Assembly (NCBI GenBank): GCA_000002435.2
Contig: CM018789.1
DNA: 64,000 nt
DNA from: Giardia intestinalis
Lineage: Eukaryota
Direction: 5' to 3' (one strand)
The notes beneath the pieces are model-generated. The model saw only the letters and a program-made list of their open reading frames with translations. It was not told the origin of the DNA and made no database searches. How positions within the stretch are numbered: the stretch's first letter is position 1; each line of letters begins with the position of its first letter. Shown one piece after another: positions 47,401-55,000 of the stretch. Made by a program: the position numbers and the translations under genes.

Positions 47401-50160
47401 GCAGTGCTTGTAGAAGGCGCACATTCTAATCCACGGGAGAGCCGCCGATGACATTGTGCCCAGAGATCCTCTTAGTATTCGCATATAGATGATGTGCATC
47501 ATCTTCTTTACCGACTTAGGATTTCGCAAAGAATGGGTAAGAACGGTCGATGCCGCAGGTGGCGGAGACTTGGCTTGTTCAAAATAACTTTCATTACTAT
47601 CACTGGTAGTAGACCCATTGCTAAAAAGCTCACTGTCGACTGGGTTCTCCTGATCTACGCATGCTTGGTCGTGCCCTGACGTAGGCATCTCTGTATCACG
47701 AAGAATGTCCGGCATGTGATAACTGAAAAAATTGCGGTAATAGCTCGAGTTGGAGTATACTAAGGCAAACATAGCAGTAGAAAAACTGTACAGAAGGAAC
47801 AAGTGGTTATCCGAAAACTCCAGGTCAGTCCGCCGAAGGGCAGGAAGATGCAAATCAGTCCTAATATTTGCTTCGTCTGTAATGTTATTAACGAAAAGAG
47901 TATCCTCAATAAACTCTCGTAACTTCTGTATAACTCTGTTTTGAAAGAACTGATGCACAGAATCGGGCCCTTTGAAGTCTTCTGCCACACCTTTTAAAGC
48001 GTCTATATTGACATTACCATTAATATCCTGTGACGATACGTTGTTTGTAAGGCCTTTACCCTCATTTGCGCCTCCATCGATCTCAACCTCATCAGTGTCT
48101 AAAGGCATCGAGCTCACCTCATCTAGTACTGAATCACCCGGACCCCCACTTGTGGTACCTAAACAACTAGTATCCTCTGAATATGAAATAGTGTTCAACA
48201 TGTATGTGCATAGCACGATCTTAGTATAGTTGGACGTATAGTCTCGGAGCCAGGAAAACTGCAGCAGAGACATCACGTACTGCTGCAACTTATTAATTAC
48301 CATCATATCGATTATGTTTTGATAAACAGACCCTCTAATGGTTAATTTAGAAAGAGCCATTCCCTTTCTAGAGAAGGTTTCAATTAGATCAGAAGTGGAT
48401 TTAATACTGCTGAGACACGTCAGTATATACGCTGCAGCAGTTGGAAGATATGTGGTGGAGATGCCAAAGCTTCTAACGCTGTCAAGATAACCCTGCACAT
48501 CTAATTCGCTTATAGATAGATAGTTTGGCAAGAAGATTCGTGGCACCTTAGACATATACATATTCTTGAGTACATGGTGCATCAGAAAATCACCTGGAAT
48601 GGTGGTGAACTCTACTCTCTGGTGAAAAGACGCTGCCTCACTCTCGGAGTTAGCGGTATTATCATGGGATGAAAGGCTTATAGAAGAGCGTTTGTTGAAC
48701 GTAAATGTGTGCAGGTAGGGACTCTCTATAAGATTTGCGTCAGGATCGTATGTCATCTCTCCCAGAGCGCCATATCCTGGTCCTCTAGACATGGTCCACC
48801 TTTCGTCGTCCAACGTTGTAGCAGTTATGTCTGAGGCCAATGGAGAGCTTCTGTTTGCAGTGATGTTGGGAGTTAGGTTGGCAGAGGTGACGAGTGCGCT
48901 AGCGGTCCTAGGTTCCTGCAGGAGTGACATGCCCTCGGCAAGATCGAGTCTGCTTTCAATAAGGTCGCGTGAATACAGTATATTAGTATCTAGAAAAGTG
49001 TCACGGAACTTTGTGAAGATCTTCTCGGTGTATTTGTAGTTGTAGGTAGGGCTGTGATGAGAAAAGGTAAAGCCGTGGACTCCGAGAAGCCTTTGGATAA
49101 TTTTAACAGAAGCCAAGTTAGCTGTTGTATTTGGCAACCCACGGATTCGGAGAAAAATATTGTGATACAAGTAGGGTAAATAGAGGGTCACCCGAGAGAT
49201 GAGCTTCATTTCATGAAACACCTTTAGGAGTCTAATATTTAACCGGATATAAAAGGTAATGACGGAGATAGCTACAACAACAAAGATTAAACCAGTAGAG
49301 ACTCCCAGAGCCAACTCATAATTGGCGAACGGAAAACAAAACAATAGGGTAGGAATGGCAGCTAGAGATCCAATGAAAGTAATTAGTCCCACAAAGTACA
49401 GATCCAGACCAGTATTTCCAATGAGTGTGGGCGAACTTGCAGCTAGTGTCAAATGACAGCCCATAATAAATGCAAGCAAGAATGCCGACAGCTGTGGATA
49501 CGGCTCAGCGATAGAGCGCAATAAATGAATAAGAATAAAAGTAAACCCGTACGCTATATCTGCAAGGGGATACGTGGGTAAGAACTCCGTATTCAGCTGA
49601 AGCATTGGGAGAACAAAAATATTGAGAAAAACCTCCTGACAGAGGATAATCAAGAGGGTAAGAATATGCATATTCAAGTACACGACCTTCCAGAAGGAGG
49701 TAAAGGCTTGATAGAAGAATAGCTGATCAAGAAGGTAGGGGGCAAGGCAAATTTGCGTAAAACAGATTGACCACATAACCAGAAGACGATACTTATGCTG
49801 CACAATGCCGTGGTTCTTCTTGATGATCACTAGAATAACGATGGCAGGAAAGATGATGGCAAGAAAGACAATGAGAAGCGTCAGGATGGCGTTCCGTACC
49901 GTTACTGCAGGAATCTGAAGAAGAAAGGACACAGCATAGTAGATTAGCTTTTGAAATTTGGTGAAAGGCCTCGCGTCATCCAGGGAATAAACTATCAGAG
50001 TATAAGCCGGAATTACAAGGCGAAGAGTCGAAAAGTAAGACAAGGTATTAATGAAAGCAATTATCCATCGTGTGCTTTTAAGAGATGCAGTGCTGAAGAG
50101 CTCAATAAGCAAAGATCCGAACGTTGAATTCCAAGACGATGGAATGTTAGAAAATGGCAT
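38452..50160 (-). CDS. Giant (3,902 aa) polytopic membrane protein of unknown function
   Basis: A single uninterrupted 11,709-nt ATG-initiated ORF. About 10 hydrophobic helices fall in the first roughly 330 aa. A soluble region of about 1,500 aa follows, and further helix clusters then recur through to the C-terminus (for example FIAVFALVVILLILFFFTWYLALV, VVIPLLAQIVCVLFACVYTTRLLYWLF, FLIGILFFIFWISLAFL, LTVTVLCVMLSSMICCDIFLTLLLL, IIAYTMAIIVLLLIAFFM, LIVYASIFSLVIFTIVFIMAYSII and VISLWIVVAEVIILLTLRQIL). No P-loop or other catalytic motif was recognised. Confidence 0.8.
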   Translation of the reverse strand: MPFSNIPSSWNSTFGSLLIELFSTASLKSTRWIIAFINTLSYFSTLRLVIPAYTLIVYSLDDARPFTKFQKLIYYAVSFLLQIPAVTVRNAILTLLIVFLAIIFPAIVILVIIKKNHGIVQHKYRLLVMWSICFTQICLAPYLLDQLFFYQAFTSFWKVVYLNMHILTLLIILCQEVFLNIFVLPMLQLNTEFLPTYPLADIAYGFTFILIHLLRSIAEPYPQLSAFLLAFIMGCHLTLAASSPTLIGNTGLDLYFVGLITFIGSLAAIPTLLFCFPFANYELALGVSTGLIFVVVAISVITFYIRLNIRLLKVFHEMKLISRVTLYLPYLYHNIFLRIRGLPNTTANLASVKIIQRLLGVHGFTFSHHSPTYNYKYTEKIFTKFRDTFLDTNILYSRDLIESRLDLAEGMSLLQEPRTASALVTSANLTPNITANRSSPLASDITATTLDDERWTMSRGPGYGALGEMTYDPDANLIESPYLHTFTFNKRSSISLSSHDNTANSESEAASFHQRVEFTTIPGDFLMHHVLKNMYMSKVPRIFLPNYLSISELDVQGYLDSVRSFGISTTYLPTAAAYILTCLSSIKSTSDLIETFSRKGMALSKLTIRGSVYQNIIDMMVINKLQQYVMSLLQFSWLRDYTSNYTKIVLCTYMLNTISYSEDTSCLGTTSGGPGDSVLDEVSSMPLDTDEVEIDGGANEGKGLTNNVSSQDINGNVNIDALKGVAEDFKGPDSVHQFFQNRVIQKLREFIEDTLFVNNITDEANIRTDLHLPALRRTDLEFSDNHLFLLYSFSTAMFALVYSNSSYYRNFFSYHMPDILRDTEMPTSGHDQACVDQENPVDSELFSNGSTTSDSNESYFEQAKSPPPAASTVLTHSLRNPKSVKKMMHIIYMRILRGSLGTMSSAALPWIRMCAFYKHCYEGLLTNRESLLNFGRSSLHRSSSSNHITDVLLLQLNYQLERIIFSMFLVHVFLFEIFKRTIFMIKNRPHFCKQGSHYIQYLTAYHRLLDCYQLLNTVDIAPRTNYFALFINKLVKRRLEMQCRVQLIKLSDVITKNEVYGVLKAIEELETKASCQVHPNAKIPDQPSPFGSEPRSGFAADRSASTGAGAASKDFPNSRSISRSGGSGKDDTDFLPPELDYFSMHKEFQRKSKDVQNWFQAYEVVLSQLTQIYMGPELFTTPENLAYLIAQQFKLFSLLYEVSQLYYQFILFLISNFELEGVKEFQIFCRTNFYEFLDSMMEGGATRLSESPTHVKVATQWKPGSDGEEEAPSCGDDDPTRQYGYAFLEENLRQLKMKDHIVTSTNSMSDPSAFSKLTNGLCFRKGMKILSRESPRLKVLYAELNSLHHFISPSQNHTICGRMLFKQASGFYKQAIEHLFKIKMYAFMISSHLRLSKHKANPVISSMFSTISHMYTDFDSVKVMRFLKIELNAYQAALKHCLKLYLTLFQEELDNPTILVLLETLRYEFHLESLSFYLPLVNFKASMNSIKHRDFHNRTALENIYTYLLSFYSTDNIFDIYGPISKYNCSRVTPEYLSTLVHRIDYNSYFYNMLPYSWRKKHLIQYEQACALQVLGAGYFTSEQFATSTAPPNSKAQNIHLSTLLLDYIMSDLNRRPFIEKKNATRDLIINSLHFKDRAQSDMSNSVTAQNGTPLTPSFTTVAEAFRNTNARHIMHLIKRNGPDLDHYVGVLRNSAESLTSACHLCRESLLGRCSIHKRIAVLMLKGNGTYAQLFDILKGKDHHRYPLTIHDFLFSDSATASLNVYVNMPRAEPKRPNKRPGSSLDALRNTANLELTSENYGIRPNRHVPLSKSTEQLACERAEVATRLFDDSLFQVISISSKTNRIQRSQLRFIRICSDLAKTATKLLTTVKTKHEFNFYFEKIVATFSGFRNSKCVSQIVCKLVLLSSNTGTIGMSVKTALCTIYQAINDVSSRIYPCYFPIRFIRGPPALTPQLLPSAPGDVEDDALAETHTGKTRNNDVKPIGVFKGIDREVEFNLIQRMRQEYAELGHFIAVFALVVILLILFFFTWYLALVKQLSRYVPILNLMGQLMALSYYRGLYSSVSALPNYVLPVSADDPVMEALFSVLKHDTKQNAQFDNIWFQPENNSVSYAFKKLDTRFYNRDYLLSIIGDQYQKYIAKLMMTLLNTTAATPSSPSPFTEFSTGAGQPNLILDGLTHSSLVTIKNAYVKLLLFMKLYLSHILSTLTIVFAVLFQLYIPVSHELEHIIDLSLAACPAYNVSPEFANVYSGVRDMNLTPKAYISDPILLLSCPSLRYDPEGRYLTFAAHPFSEIAYSMQPRTLENTFLINIVDYSLLESYVDTTQEDMEKRLDSRQYFRQFFHLDMPVFVSWSPISDILINFGSGIIYALSGLYKKLNITYYQDTEQNTYSLLNTITDSDGKSIFAKFVNELNCYQTEMHFQSVSDKGLYKDTLEQAQQSFLLNKLQYMYYSSLLDQDTVPSSITNKLTYEQKIGDILLSFFPGINTFTFYQTPLTSRDVDDYLTLSLHSMEEQVIGFNPSLVVIPLLAQIVCVLFACVYTTRLLYWLFRKNNSLRCILSNYLMDVIDNYGIGGLYDLDTNPVYKKNNVLANHATMLFTMKQLLNGTNISHSSSNVSNDYARMQIQSELIPPATSAATQLSNLSPCCSQTSQSILSVESEPLSQRVNLNIDDAMTDTVSFKLGAFSEDISACLQNEWRDFNEQTQDVANCSRCKTVVWKQQWGWRFLIGILFFIFWISLAFLDDMRYINQRAYYNDKLRQNSYSYDLANVYALLLQRSSKAMSYSFFGTPTTVSDWAELNTGIQFQIEAMMTLYPESSSIILKLAEYNMELLNSELRSMGYTLAFMCPDGGFYNDLIQRATTEHYFDQAFGELFTLYGKDYIAESLAIKFTNKPPEDQWHKTLVSDAITDYFGNNNMSSYLSFNPEFSSCAAVFDSLQPPNSYAYKVIAEAIQMRIAMANIFCQKTVQSNTALGFIYTDCPKKFDKINKQTIFQYMSALEYLTPIFDHYAAINKLTYEKASQVTIIKADRLLTVTVLCVMLSSMICCDIFLTLLLLRRVFHSFTLPQYIFGSISVLRWILEFVVLAFLIIDIRSLKNLTYTRAEPDIVMFMDTMQLYQNLLGDINTLTLLNLTMSNRSQTRTRFVEFHSVLLNLNLSMPLFATEDIKIMPHTGVYTNIIADEGVQALLHTIASSAQGNPTHVEKLLELVHYNSSHSLTLCSMIYEYYYHVINSLLRSSVASSMLPSTESSLLYLPEADLRLNEMALGLHVHRLDDVKLALVYTYSSLSNTFDIYSAMIKGAVMNVADRISVNKEHEELYFIRTHGKKVIVTNASLASLAQMVEKKMRLTPPYVRIIAYTMAIIVLLLIAFFMQSGSLIYYDTLGTPDLIIEGKRYLKPAFIVILSKSNNVYRVVSITEIPDADLYQYIKLTTEMRELVRSEIQQRISYNPEKLITERPDFTAVLVYPDAGDMEIAVDYCRTGPELSLHTNSKKILQKYLYKHCNEIKIYPAFVRMLFPKHLCASCLDGLISEVVYLNDKGTSCSYHAIKHLQCSKAYLKHLPNAVQFLPTGFLHANTKHMYKCKHAIPLYRCHECVETVENVENLKSEQQQGWFETPGGNQIAPNRETEEKDPVDMRAVFEINKARSQSPFRCHLQAQKLKNVSQNFVASLKKLCNIFSTKPLIFQYSTSTLIVYASIFSLVIFTIVFIMAYSIIRLSAAEIDLQLYSMMAQFLYYFRRAIGSSFKHIVVLSQGQYGELTKDMLVHDINALSMLINVVSKKVEQTETKERIYGSIMESGPTFTQFIDCTYKIGNHVKASTSFYHDYITWLSSLGGALGKLQNFLLLLTDYNSGFSQQVTVISLWIVVAEVIILLTLRQILMWQLNKEVVKVGYIAKLIYK

Positions 50161-50286
50161 ATACTAAGTGCAACGAAACTCTAGGTGGCACGAACACCTT
50201 TAGAAACAGTATGGCTTGTGGAAACGCCGGTTACAGAGCAACGGCACACTCCGGAACTTTCTTTTACAAAAAAGGTTTGTTAGAGC

Positions 50287-51603
50287 ATGGGTTGTGCCGC
50301 ATCAACTCCCGATGTTGCTGATGCCACGGCAGTAATGGGAAACCACGGCCCGGAAAAGCATCGTGCTAAGGGTATGTCTAATAAAGGCATATCTCTGAAG
50401 TCTATGGAGAGCATTAGATCTGCCATTGAATCTCTCTTGATTAACGAGCCTGAACTGACCAAGCTGATGACGTCTTTCAGCAAGGAACATCTGTTTATGT
50501 TTGCAAAGGATTATCAGACTCAAACGGGGACAGACCTGCTATCCCTTCTGCGCGAAAAACTAAATGGTCCTCTGGAGAAGCTCATTCTTTCTTCTTTCAA
50601 GCCAGACGTTACTCTGCGGACAGAGCTGATCAGAGAGTCTCTTCAGGGAAAGGCAACAGATATTGAACAACTCACAGACGTTGTCCTTACTCTAAGTGAG
50701 TCTAGGGCCTGTGAAATAGTTCAGAACTACGATTTACTGTACGGTGGCTCTGTCATTACAGACATCAGACACGACTACAACGGCGATAAGCTCTGGCAGA
50801 GGCTGATTACCCGGATTCTATCTTCTAAACGTGTGTCCAGGTCGTCCCTTGCTATGCAGAGCACTACTTTGGCCTCCGATGGTGATGTCGATACACATGC
50901 AGTGGGTGCGGAGGCCAACACTGGTACTCTGGGAAAGTTACTGGTGGCGGACGCAGAAAGGCTTGTGATGGACATTCGCGAACGCAACTTTGAACATCTC
51001 CTGCTCCTCATGGCCACTGCGCTCCCCGCAGAGTACGTCTCTATCTGCAAGAAGTACTTTGAAATGAAGGGAACTGTACTACGCCAGGATATTGCAGATG
51101 CGCTTGAGCATCGTCCTGAAGAACGGTATGCACTGCTTCTTGCACACGATTACCTGCATAGTCCTGCCGCTGCCTATGCATTCATGGCCCACACGGCCCT
51201 GGTGGCAGGGATCTCCAGAGACGATGCTCGGCTGACTCGGGCTGCCATATTGAGCTACGAAGAACACCCCGATGTTCCAGCGGTTTATCGTGAGCTATAT
51301 GGCGTTACCCTAGAGGATGCAATTGAGAAGACAGGGACTGGGAGCTACGAATCCACGCTTCTAATACTTTGGAAGATAGACAGACCAAAGGATCCTGCGG
51401 CAGGACCCGAGGCCGAGAACGGTCCCGCAGAGACCGCTGCGCACGCTGGAAATAAGGCAAAGCAATCGTCAAAGGGAAACAAGAAGAGCGACAGCAAGGC
51501 GGACAAAGAGGGTGCGGCGACGCCCGTTCTGCAGAATGACACGGTGGAGGAGAGGCTGCCTACGCCTGCAGCGAGCGAATCCTCGACTCCCCGCGGCGAC
51601 TGA
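50287..51603 (+). CDS. Annexin-like alpha-giardin family protein with an N-terminal dual-acylation motif (MGCxxS)
   Basis: The N-terminus MGCAAS carries a Gly2 myristoylation site and a Cys3 palmitoylation site. Annexin-repeat signatures include KDYQTQTGTDLLSLL and YRELYGVTLEDAIEKTGTGSYESTLLILW. The tail is Lys/Ser-rich. AGTGAAC lies 2 nt after the stop. Confidence 0.55.
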   Translation: MGCAASTPDVADATAVMGNHGPEKHRAKGMSNKGISLKSMESIRSAIESLLINEPELTKLMTSFSKEHLFMFAKDYQTQTGTDLLSLLREKLNGPLEKLILSSFKPDVTLRTELIRESLQGKATDIEQLTDVVLTLSESRACEIVQNYDLLYGGSVITDIRHDYNGDKLWQRLITRILSSKRVSRSSLAMQSTTLASDGDVDTHAVGAEANTGTLGKLLVADAERLVMDIRERNFEHLLLLMATALPAEYVSICKKYFEMKGTVLRQDIADALEHRPEERYALLLAHDYLHSPAAAYAFMAHTALVAGISRDDARLTRAAILSYEEHPDVPAVYRELYGVTLEDAIEKTGTGSYESTLLILWKIDRPKDPAAGPEAENGPAETAAHAGNKAKQSSKGNKKSDSKADKEGAATPVLQNDTVEERLPTPAASESSTPRGD

Positions 51604-51605
51604 CA

Positions 51606-51612
51606 AGTGAAC
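51606..51612 (+). promoter_or_regulatory. Polyadenylation signal AGTGAAC
   Basis: TGA CA AGTGAAC TCG. Confidence 0.5.
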
Positions 51613-52050
51613 TCGATGGACGGAGAGCGGGGAGGAGGCGCTCAAGTAAGCTTGAGTAAAGGACTGTGCGGGCCCGGATTGAGGATGGACGGGATCCGCT
51701 CCCCACCTATGACCCTGGATGTAGGCCTGTGCACGCTCGCAAGCGCCAGCGGGCAGCTGCACCGGCCACGCGTTTAGAAAAGGACTATAGGGGCGGTGAT
51801 TAGGCTGCGTGGCGCAGCCGTGCCTTCCGCTCCGCCTGTGTCCTGGGGATTGCTCAGTGCCCCGGATCCTCACCACGAGTAAACCCGCGGCTCAAAGAAG
51901 CGCATTATCCCAGGAGGTCTAGAAACTGACCTCCATTTTTGTCTTTCGCAAGAAATGGTTTTTAAATAATTTACTATTGGCTAAAGTCCTGCACAACCTA
52001 TTTGCCCATGAGCTTTGGGAATCCCTTACTTTGGTTAATATTCGAGTCCT

Positions 52051-55000
52051 TTAAAACGGCAATAAGTCAAATAGTGCTAGCAAGCGATATTCAGCCCCGG
52101 CAAGCACTCCAAAGTCAATACACACGGACCACCCGTGAATGTTAGCATCGATTGCTCTACTCGATATTCTTGCAATATGCTTGTGGTCTTGAGATTTGGA
52201 GGAGAGCTTTAAGGCTATCTTTTTGTCCACGTATGTAAAAAGATTGTTTGCCTCACTTTCTACCTCAAGCCATGACCGAAAGTAGTTCCGCAAAGAAACT
52301 GGGAGCGTTGACAAAGCTGCTGAAGAGGATATGACCTCTTTTAACTTTGCAATATCATTAGTGATTGCCTGCTCCTTCATGCGTGCCAAGCAGCTTTGCA
52401 GATGTACAGAGGACGTACTTTTTTCACCATGCTTTTGTACTGTGTGCTCGGTTGTTCGAGCTACTGTTCTTTTTAACCTTCTGTTGATTGTTTTGTATGC
52501 AGTGTAGCGCAATTTAACCAGGTCACTTAAGGTTGCATCAGCACCGGTTAAGGCATCTATAAATCTTGACCGAAACTCAGCTATTTCTCGCCGAATAGCA
52601 GGTAGCTCTGTATCTCCACTGGGGAAGTCCTTAATTGTTTGCTCATATGCTTGTTTGAGCTCAGCTGCACGTTTGGCTAATTCGCGTTGACAAAGAGCAG
52701 ACTTAATCGACCTACGCTTTTTCAACACACCGCTTTGAGGCCTTTCAGACTCGGTTATCGAACTAGTGGTTATATTCGAAGCCTTGTTGCAAGCGAAAGG
52801 CAAGGATAGTCCTGGTACGCTTTTTGGCCTAGGAGGAAGGCCAAGCATAGGTGGATGAGGGAGAATGGCGGATTGTTGCTCCTTTATATCGTTTTCGCTA
52901 TGCACAATAGTGCTATTTATATCCTTCTCCTCCTGTTCTTTAACCACAAGGAACTGTGTAGCACGGAACTCATTCTCTGCAGTGAAGACATCGATATTGA
53001 TTGGACGTCTGCAAGCATGCTCTATCCCGGAAACAAATTCATCGTACGCCAATGCTCTTGTCAAACTCGGGTACAGAATGTTCAACTCACACGTGTATTT
53101 CTCTAGGTCGTCACGTGCGCCAATAATACCTCTTTGGATAAGTAGTTGGGACGTATCATATACACCATTGTTTGGTACGGAAGAAGCAGGAGAGGACGCC
53201 GTTTTCCAGGTGCTTTGGTTGGTATCATACATATTGGAGCAGATTGTTTCATCTACTTGCGCAGAAATGCTTTGTATATTATATAACGCATTAGAGCTAT
53301 TTTCTGAGTCTTTGGGGGGATGTGGACACGGCCGCGCAGATGCCGGTGAGGGCAGCTTGTCTACTCGCTTCCTTGTCAGCTTTTGCCGGAGCACCTGTTC
53401 TGCATACTGTGTGAGAGGTGCACCTTTACTATGATCACTGTTTAAAGGAAATCGCCCATATGGCTGTCCGGCTTTGTGCTTGGGCGTGAGGAATCCCGTT
53501 TGCGGCGTACTGGCCTGACCTTCCAGATAGTTGTCGGCTTCTTTGTTAAGGTTGATAGCTATACTATTTCTGCGTGCTCTACTCTTCTGTTCTTGCCGAG
53601 ATGACAGCGCCGCCTGGGAATGGGGGTAGAATATTCCATTGCGGATGTACACCGAAAGGATGTGTTGACACTTTCCAGATGCAGCCAAGAACAACAGCGA
53701 ATGTTTTCTGCACACATATGTGCCACAGACCTCTTTCAACTCTTTAATTTTTTCTTGTGGAAGAAGCGTCATTATGCGGTCTGCCTGTCTAGATGAAACT
53801 GACAATATATCTTGGATTAGATAGTTAGTTAGGCGTGCATATCCAGATCCAACAGATTTTGCGCTTGTTTGACGCAAGTCGAGGGGGAGACTGGGTAGCT
53901 GTAAGTACTGATTCTGCCTTGCTCCATTGCGGCGATCAATCTGACCCACAAAGCTTTCATTTTTTGCCACAATCTGATTAAATTCAGATTTAAACTGCTT
54001 AAGTTGCTTGGTTTTCCCGCCGATCTTGGCCTGGATTGCACGCGACTCGTTTGTGATGGCGTCCAGCAAGTCAGACATCTGTGATAGCTTTGCTTCCAAA
54101 AATGCAGCTACATCATATGCATTACTCATTTGTTCTTCTGTAACAGAGAACTTCACAGGCATCAAAGGCCAATCTCTTATACTATCCTTGTATATCGGAC
54201 ACAGGGCATTAATTCCGTGAGGGCAATACACCCTAAGTTCGCCCAACATTGTCTGCATTTCCTTCATGGCTTCACAGTAGGAGATGAAGTTTTCCTTGGG
54301 AAATTGCTTCTCCTCTATTCCCAATGCACTAAGGTCAGTACTTCTCTTTATTGTCGACCCTTTAAATTGCAACATGCCGATACTCTGCACCTCGCTCAAT
54401 AACTGAAGGATCTGAGGCTTAATAGCCAACGACTTCAGATGCCGTACTTCAATCTGTTTCATCTGTGAGTTCTTCAAATTATTTGTGCATTGACTCGTTG
54501 CTCCTTCCTCTGTGGTTGCCTTGTCAATCCTGTCGAACTCATGTCGTACAATAGAAACCGCAGAGTCGGTTAACTCTATGAACATTTCCTGGAGAGAGGT
54601 ATCGCTGGTATGCTGCACGCTTTCGTTTATGTCGCCTGGTTGTGCACATATAGTACGCCCATCTTCAGAGATAAACGCCTGTTCTACCACTGTTTGGGTT
54701 TCTAGAAAGGATGGAAGAGCCCTGAGCGGCAAGGAGCGCAATAGATTGACAAAGGTAGAAACACACTCAATGAACTCAAATCGATGAACTTGGTCTTGAT
54801 AGTCCATGGACAGTATCTCCTCTTCCACCTCCATAATCTTCTCTTTCAAAAGCATCAATTGCTCCATGTAGGCATACCTCATGCGCGAGATCATTTCTGT
54901 AAATATTTCTGGAAAGATTGATTTATTGTCGAGAAGAAATTCCAGGATTGCCCGTACATTTTCGTCCTCATCACCAACATTTTCTACTAAAAAGTCTCGC

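Noticed and set aside
38452-50160. Piezo-type mechanosensitive channel assignment for the giant membrane protein
   Set aside because: The helix spacing is wrong for Piezo: about 10 helices, then a 1,500-aa soluble block, then sparse clusters. No PF(x2)E(x6)W-like C-terminal motif was seen. It is left as unknown.
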